DNA of 64,000 nt. It comes from Paracoccaceae bacterium. GTDB lineage: Bacteria; Pseudomonadota; Alphaproteobacteria; Rhodobacterales; Rhodobacteraceae. Positions 60,565 to 64,000 of the stretch are shown in pieces. The stretch lies in assembly GCA_041397165.1 (NCBI GenBank), contig JAWKXE010000018.1, forward strand, positions 17,289 to 81,288, read 5' to 3'. Made by a program: the position numbers and the translations under genes. The number at the start of each line of letters is the position of its first letter. Position 1 is the stretch's first letter. The notes beneath the pieces were generated by a model. It was not told where the DNA came from, ran no database searches, and was given only the letters and a program-made list of their open reading frames with translations.

Positions 60565-60992
60565 AGCACGCCGATCTCGGCCAGCCGGGCCGACAGGTCG
60601 GGCGGCAGGGCATCGTCCGCCTCGCGGCCCGGGCTCAGATCGGGCGGCGCGTCCTTTGGGTCGAGGTAGCGCCAGCCCTGAAACGGCCGCTTCAGCGCCG
60701 GCGCCACGCGGACCAGCCCGGGGTCCAGCACGATGGCGCAGCGGCGGATGCCATCGCTGCCCGTCACCTCGTCCAGCCGCAGGATGGGCTGGCGGCATTG
60801 CACCGCCCCCTTGATCACCCAGAAGATCGAACCGCCGTTCAGCACCTCTTTCTCGCGCCGGGGCCACATGCGGGTGATGTGACGCGGCAGCCCGTCCGTC
60901 GTCTGGGCGCGCTTCAGGCCTTGCCAGTCGGCCAGATCCTCGACCGACTCGGTGCCGACCGACAGTTTGATCAGATGTGTGACGTTGCGCAT
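60561..60992 (-). CDS. DUF1489-like conserved hypothetical protein
   Basis: ATG at 60992. MRNVTHLIKLSVGTESVEDLADWQ...GGSIFWVIKG is typical of this alphaproteobacterial family (from memory). Confidence 0.6.
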   Translation of the reverse strand: MRNVTHLIKLSVGTESVEDLADWQGLKRAQTTDGLPRHITRMWPRREKEVLNGGSIFWVIKGAVQCRQPILRLDEVTGSDGIRRCAIVLDPGLVRVAPALKRPFQGWRYLDPKDAPPDLSPGREADDALPPDLSARLAEIGVL

Positions 60993-61092
60993 TTCCGGGC
61001 CCCCATGGGCCAAGGATGACGGGATTCCCGGTGGCATTCAATGCGGAACCCGCTAGGCTTGCGCCAACGGGACTGACGGGAAAGGGCGGGCC

Positions 61093-62532
61093 ATGGAGCA
61101 TTGCGATATTCTGATCCGGGGCGGCACGGTGATCGACGGCAGCGGCGCGCCCGGTTTCACCGGCGACGTGGCGATCGAGGGCGACCGGATCCTGCGGGTC
61201 GGCGATTGCACCGGCTGGACGGCCGAACACGAGATCGACGCGCGCGGCCAGGTGGTGACGCCCGGTTTCATCGACGTGCACACCCATGACGATATCGCCG
61301 TGCTCGACACCCCCGCGATGCCGTTCAAGATCACGCAGGGCGTCACCTCGATCATCGCCGGCAATTGCGGCATCTCGGCCGCGCCGCTGGCCTTCGAGGG
61401 CGATCTGCCGGCGCCCTTCACCCTGATGTTCTCGGCCGAGCGCAGCCGGTTTCCGTCCGTCACCGCCTATCGCGCGGCTCTGGCCCAGGCGCGGCCGGCG
61501 GTGAATGTCGGGCTGCTGGTCGGGCATTCGACGCTGCGCGTGGGCGCGATGGGGCTCGACCTGACCCGCGGCGCCACCGCGCCCGAGATCGAGGTCATGG
61601 GCGCGGCGCTGGACAAGGCGCTGGGCGAGGGCGCCATCGGCCTTTCCTCGGGGCTGGAATACCCGCCCTCGAAAGCCGCCGAGATCGACGAGATCGTGCC
61701 GCTGGCGCGCCGCATGACGGCCTTCCCGCAGACCGTCTATACCAGCCACATGCGCGACGAGGGCGACGGCGTGCTGGCCTCGGTGCGCGAAACGCTCGAG
61801 ACCGGGCGGCGGTCGGGCGCGCGGGTGGTGATCTCGCATCACAAATGCGTCGGCGCGGCCAATTTCGGCCGCAGCGTCGAAACGCTCGCCGCCATCGCCA
61901 AGGCGCAGGAGGCCCAGTCGGTCGGGCTCGACGTCTATCCCTACACCGCCTCCTCGACCGCGCTGCTGCCGTCGTTTGCCGCCACCACGCCCGAGGTCAA
62001 GGTGATGTGGTCGCGCCCGCATCCCGAAATGGGCGGGCGGATGCTGGACGATATCGCCGCCATCTGGGGCGTGACACGCGACGAGGCGATCGACCGGCTG
62101 CACCCCGCCGGCGCGATCTATTTCTGCATGGACGAGGGCGATCTGCGCCGCATCCTGGCCTTCCCCACGTCGATGATCGGCTCGGACGGCATCCCGGGCA
62201 GCGAAAAGCCGCATCCCCGGCTCTGGGGCACCTTCCCGCGGGTGCTGGGCCGCTATGCGAGGGAAGAGGCGCTTCTGAGCCTGGCGCAGGCGGTGCACAA
62301 GATGACCGGCCTCTCGGCGGCGCAGTTCGGTCTGACCGACCGTGGCCGGCTGGCCGAGGGCTGCAAGGCCGACGTGGTGGTGTTCGACCCGGAAACCGTG
62401 ATCGACCGGGCCACCTATGACGACCCCGAGCAACCGGCGGCGGGGATTTCCCATGTGCTGGTAAACGGCGCGCTGGCGCTGACCGATGGGGCGCAGACGG
62501 CGGAAAGGGCAGGGGCGTTCCTGCATCATTGA
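61093..62532 (+). CDS. N-acyl-D-amino-acid deacylase (D-aminoacylase) family amidohydrolase
   Basis: 479 aa with DILIRGGTVIDG, PGFIDVHTHDD, SHMRDEG, VISHHKC and SDGIPG. Confidence 0.85.
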   Translation: MEHCDILIRGGTVIDGSGAPGFTGDVAIEGDRILRVGDCTGWTAEHEIDARGQVVTPGFIDVHTHDDIAVLDTPAMPFKITQGVTSIIAGNCGISAAPLAFEGDLPAPFTLMFSAERSRFPSVTAYRAALAQARPAVNVGLLVGHSTLRVGAMGLDLTRGATAPEIEVMGAALDKALGEGAIGLSSGLEYPPSKAAEIDEIVPLARRMTAFPQTVYTSHMRDEGDGVLASVRETLETGRRSGARVVISHHKCVGAANFGRSVETLAAIAKAQEAQSVGLDVYPYTASSTALLPSFAATTPEVKVMWSRPHPEMGGRMLDDIAAIWGVTRDEAIDRLHPAGAIYFCMDEGDLRRILAFPTSMIGSDGIPGSEKPHPRLWGTFPRVLGRYAREEALLSLAQAVHKMTGLSAAQFGLTDRGRLAEGCKADVVVFDPETVIDRATYDDPEQPAAGISHVLVNGALALTDGAQTAERAGAFLHH

Positions 62533-62553
62533 GGCGTGCGCAGGGCAGATCCC

Positions 62554-62610
62554 GTAGGGCGGGGTTCACCCCGCCACCGCGCTGGAATGGCGGGGTGAAC
62601 CCCGCCCTAC
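62554..62610. repeat. inverted pair of family-2 REP units
   Basis: gtagggcggggttcaccccgcc (62554-62575) and its reverse complement ggcggggtgaaccccgccctac (62589-62610). Confidence 0.75.
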
Positions 62611-62763
62611 ACCTTCGGACCAAGCGCGCCCTTGGGTCGTTCGCCCGTCCGATAGCCGGCGCGGAGCGCGCAAGAGAATGTCGTCGCCCGGCCGGAAGGC
62701 ACTGGATTTCGAACCCTTCGCAAGCTATCGTGGGACCCTTCCCAACGCCGAAGGACGCGCCCC

Positions 62764-64000
62764 ATGACCCGTTTCGCCGCCCCGATTGCCGAGCAGATCT
62801 GGGACATGAAGTATCGCTTCAAGGCAGCGGATGGCGCGCCCATCGACCTCAGCGTCGAAGACAGCTGGCGCCGCATCGCCCGCGCGCTGGCGGTGGTCGA
62901 GGAAGAGCCCGCCATCTGGGAAGACCGCTTCTATCATGCGCTGGAAGACTTCAAGTTCCTGCCCGCCGGCCGCATCACCGCCGGCGCCGGCACCGGGCGC
63001 AATGTGACGCTCTTCAACTGTTTCGTCATGGGCACCATTCCCGACAGCATGGGCGGCATCTTCGACATGCTGAAAGAGGCGGCGCTGACCATGCAGCAGG
63101 GCGGCGGCATCGGATACGATTTCTCGACCATCCGGCCCAAGGGCGCCGATGTGAAGGGCGTGGCGGCCGATGCCAGCGGCCCCCTCAGCTTCATGGATGT
63201 CTGGGACGCGATGTGCCGCACCATCATGAGCGCGGGCAGCCGCCGGGGCGCGATGATGGCCACCATGCGTTGCGACCACCCCGATATCGAGGCCTTCATC
63301 GCGGCCAAGTCCGACCCCGCCCGCCTGCGCATGTTCAACATGTCGGTGCTGGTGACCGACCCCTTCATGGCGGCCGTGAAGGCCGACGGCCCTTGGGAAC
63401 TGGTGTTCGACGGCAAGGTCTTCCACACCGTCCAGGCCCGCGATCTGTGGAACCGGATCATGCAGGCGACCTACGATTACGCCGAACCCGGCGTCATCTT
63501 CATCGACCGCATCAACGCGATGAACAACCTCGGCTATTGCGAGACCATCGCCGCCACCAACCCTTGCGGCGAACAGCCCCTGCCGCCCTATGGCGCCTGC
63601 CTCCTGGGTTCGATCAACCTGGCCCGGCTGGTGACGGATCCGTTCGGCAAGGACGCCGCGCTGGACGAAGGCGCGCTCTCCGATCTGGTCGCCACGGCGG
63701 TGCGGATGATGGACAACACCGTCGACGCCTCGCGCTTCCCGCTGCCCGAACAGGCGGCCGAGGCGGCGGCGAAGCGCCGTATCGGGCTGGGGGTGACGGG
63801 GCTCGCCGACGCGCTCCTGATGGTCGGCCTGCGCTATGGCAGCGACGCGGCGGCGGAACAGACGGAAAGCTGGCTCAGGGCCATCGCCAACGCCGCCTAT
63901 CGCGCCTCGGCCGATCTGGCGCAGGAAAAGGGCGCCTTCCCGCTGTTCGAGGCCGACAAGTTCCTCGCCTCGCCCTCGGTCGCGGCGCTGGACGCCGATG
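62764..64000 (+). CDS. nrdJ: adenosylcobalamin-dependent ribonucleotide reductase (class II), 5' part; continues past the window end
   Basis: Open frame from the ATG at 62764 to the window end (absent from the ORF track because there is no stop). Motifs are FLPAGRI, NCFV, GGGIGYDFSTIRPKG, NPCGEQPLPPYGACLLGSINL. Confidence 0.9.
   Translation, partial: MTRFAAPIAEQIWDMKYRFKAADGAPIDLSVEDSWRRIARALAVVEEEPAIWEDRFYHALEDFKFLPAGRITAGAGTGRNVTLFNCFVMGTIPDSMGGIFDMLKEAALTMQQGGGIGYDFSTIRPKGADVKGVAADASGPLSFMDVWDAMCRTIMSAGSRRGAMMATMRCDHPDIEAFIAAKSDPARLRMFNMSVLVTDPFMAAVKADGPWELVFDGKVFHTVQARDLWNRIMQATYDYAEPGVIFIDRINAMNNLGYCETIAATNPCGEQPLPPYGACLLGSINLARLVTDPFGKDAALDEGALSDLVATAVRMMDNTVDASRFPLPEQAAEAAAKRRIGLGVTGLADALLMVGLRYGSDAAAEQTESWLRAIANAAYRASADLAQEKGAFPLFEADKFLASPSVAALDAD

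Noticed and set aside
62611-62763. Cobalamin riboswitch or tRNA-like element in the nrdJ leader (ggaaggcactgg and ggatttcgaaccc strings).
   Set aside because: There is only a loose resemblance to the B12 box (GCCACTG). I found no recognisable conserved core helices and could not draw an acceptor or anticodon arm. B12 repression of a B12-dependent reductase would also be unexpected. A cmscan would settle it.
1-64000. Genomic island or mobile element boundaries (integrase, transposase, tRNA-linked attachment sites, phage genes).
   Set aside because: None of these were seen anywhere in the window. The insertions noted (11.3-14.8 kb, 16.1-17.1 kb, 21.3-22.5 kb, 43.1-45.6 kb) have host-like G+C and no direct-repeat borders that I could find, so I do not call them mobile elements.

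Overview
High-GC (about two-thirds G+C by eye) chromosomal window. Gene content and order point to an alphaproteobacterium, most likely Rhodobacterales; a SAM/SAH-type riboswitch candidate ahead of metK supports this. It is mostly housekeeping: fabB-fabI, trmB, metK, lnt-corC-ybeY/phoH/miaB, aroA, cmk, uvrC-pgsA-moaDE, ubiA, rsmE, gshA, plsY, pyrC'/pyrB, udg, moaB, an RND efflux pair, hisS-hisZ-hisG, aroQ and the 5' part of nrdJ. I found no rRNA, tRNA, CRISPR array, integrase or transposase. All functional calls come from reading the ORF translations and recognising motifs; no BLAST or HMM search was possible. The observations most worth a second look are: (1) an in-frame ~535-bp low-GC patch inside hisS that also lengthens the protein; (2) a seven-gene, start/stop-overlapping operon in which a PD-(D/E)xK/DUF4268-like protein and three bPH-like membrane proteins sit between pyrB and a non-catalytic pyrC'; (3) a ~3.7-kb insertion splitting phoH from ybeY, carrying a PIG-L deacetylase fused to three cadherin-like tandem repeats; (4) a ~300-bp AT-rich island upstream of uvrC with a perfect DnaA-box 9-mer and phased GCGTTAC repeats; (5) a dense cluster of frameshifts in essential genes (fabB, fabI, metK, lnt, corC), which looks like assembly indel error rather than biology; (6) two intergenic repeat families. 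None of these is proven to be a new system; (1) and (2) are my best candidates.
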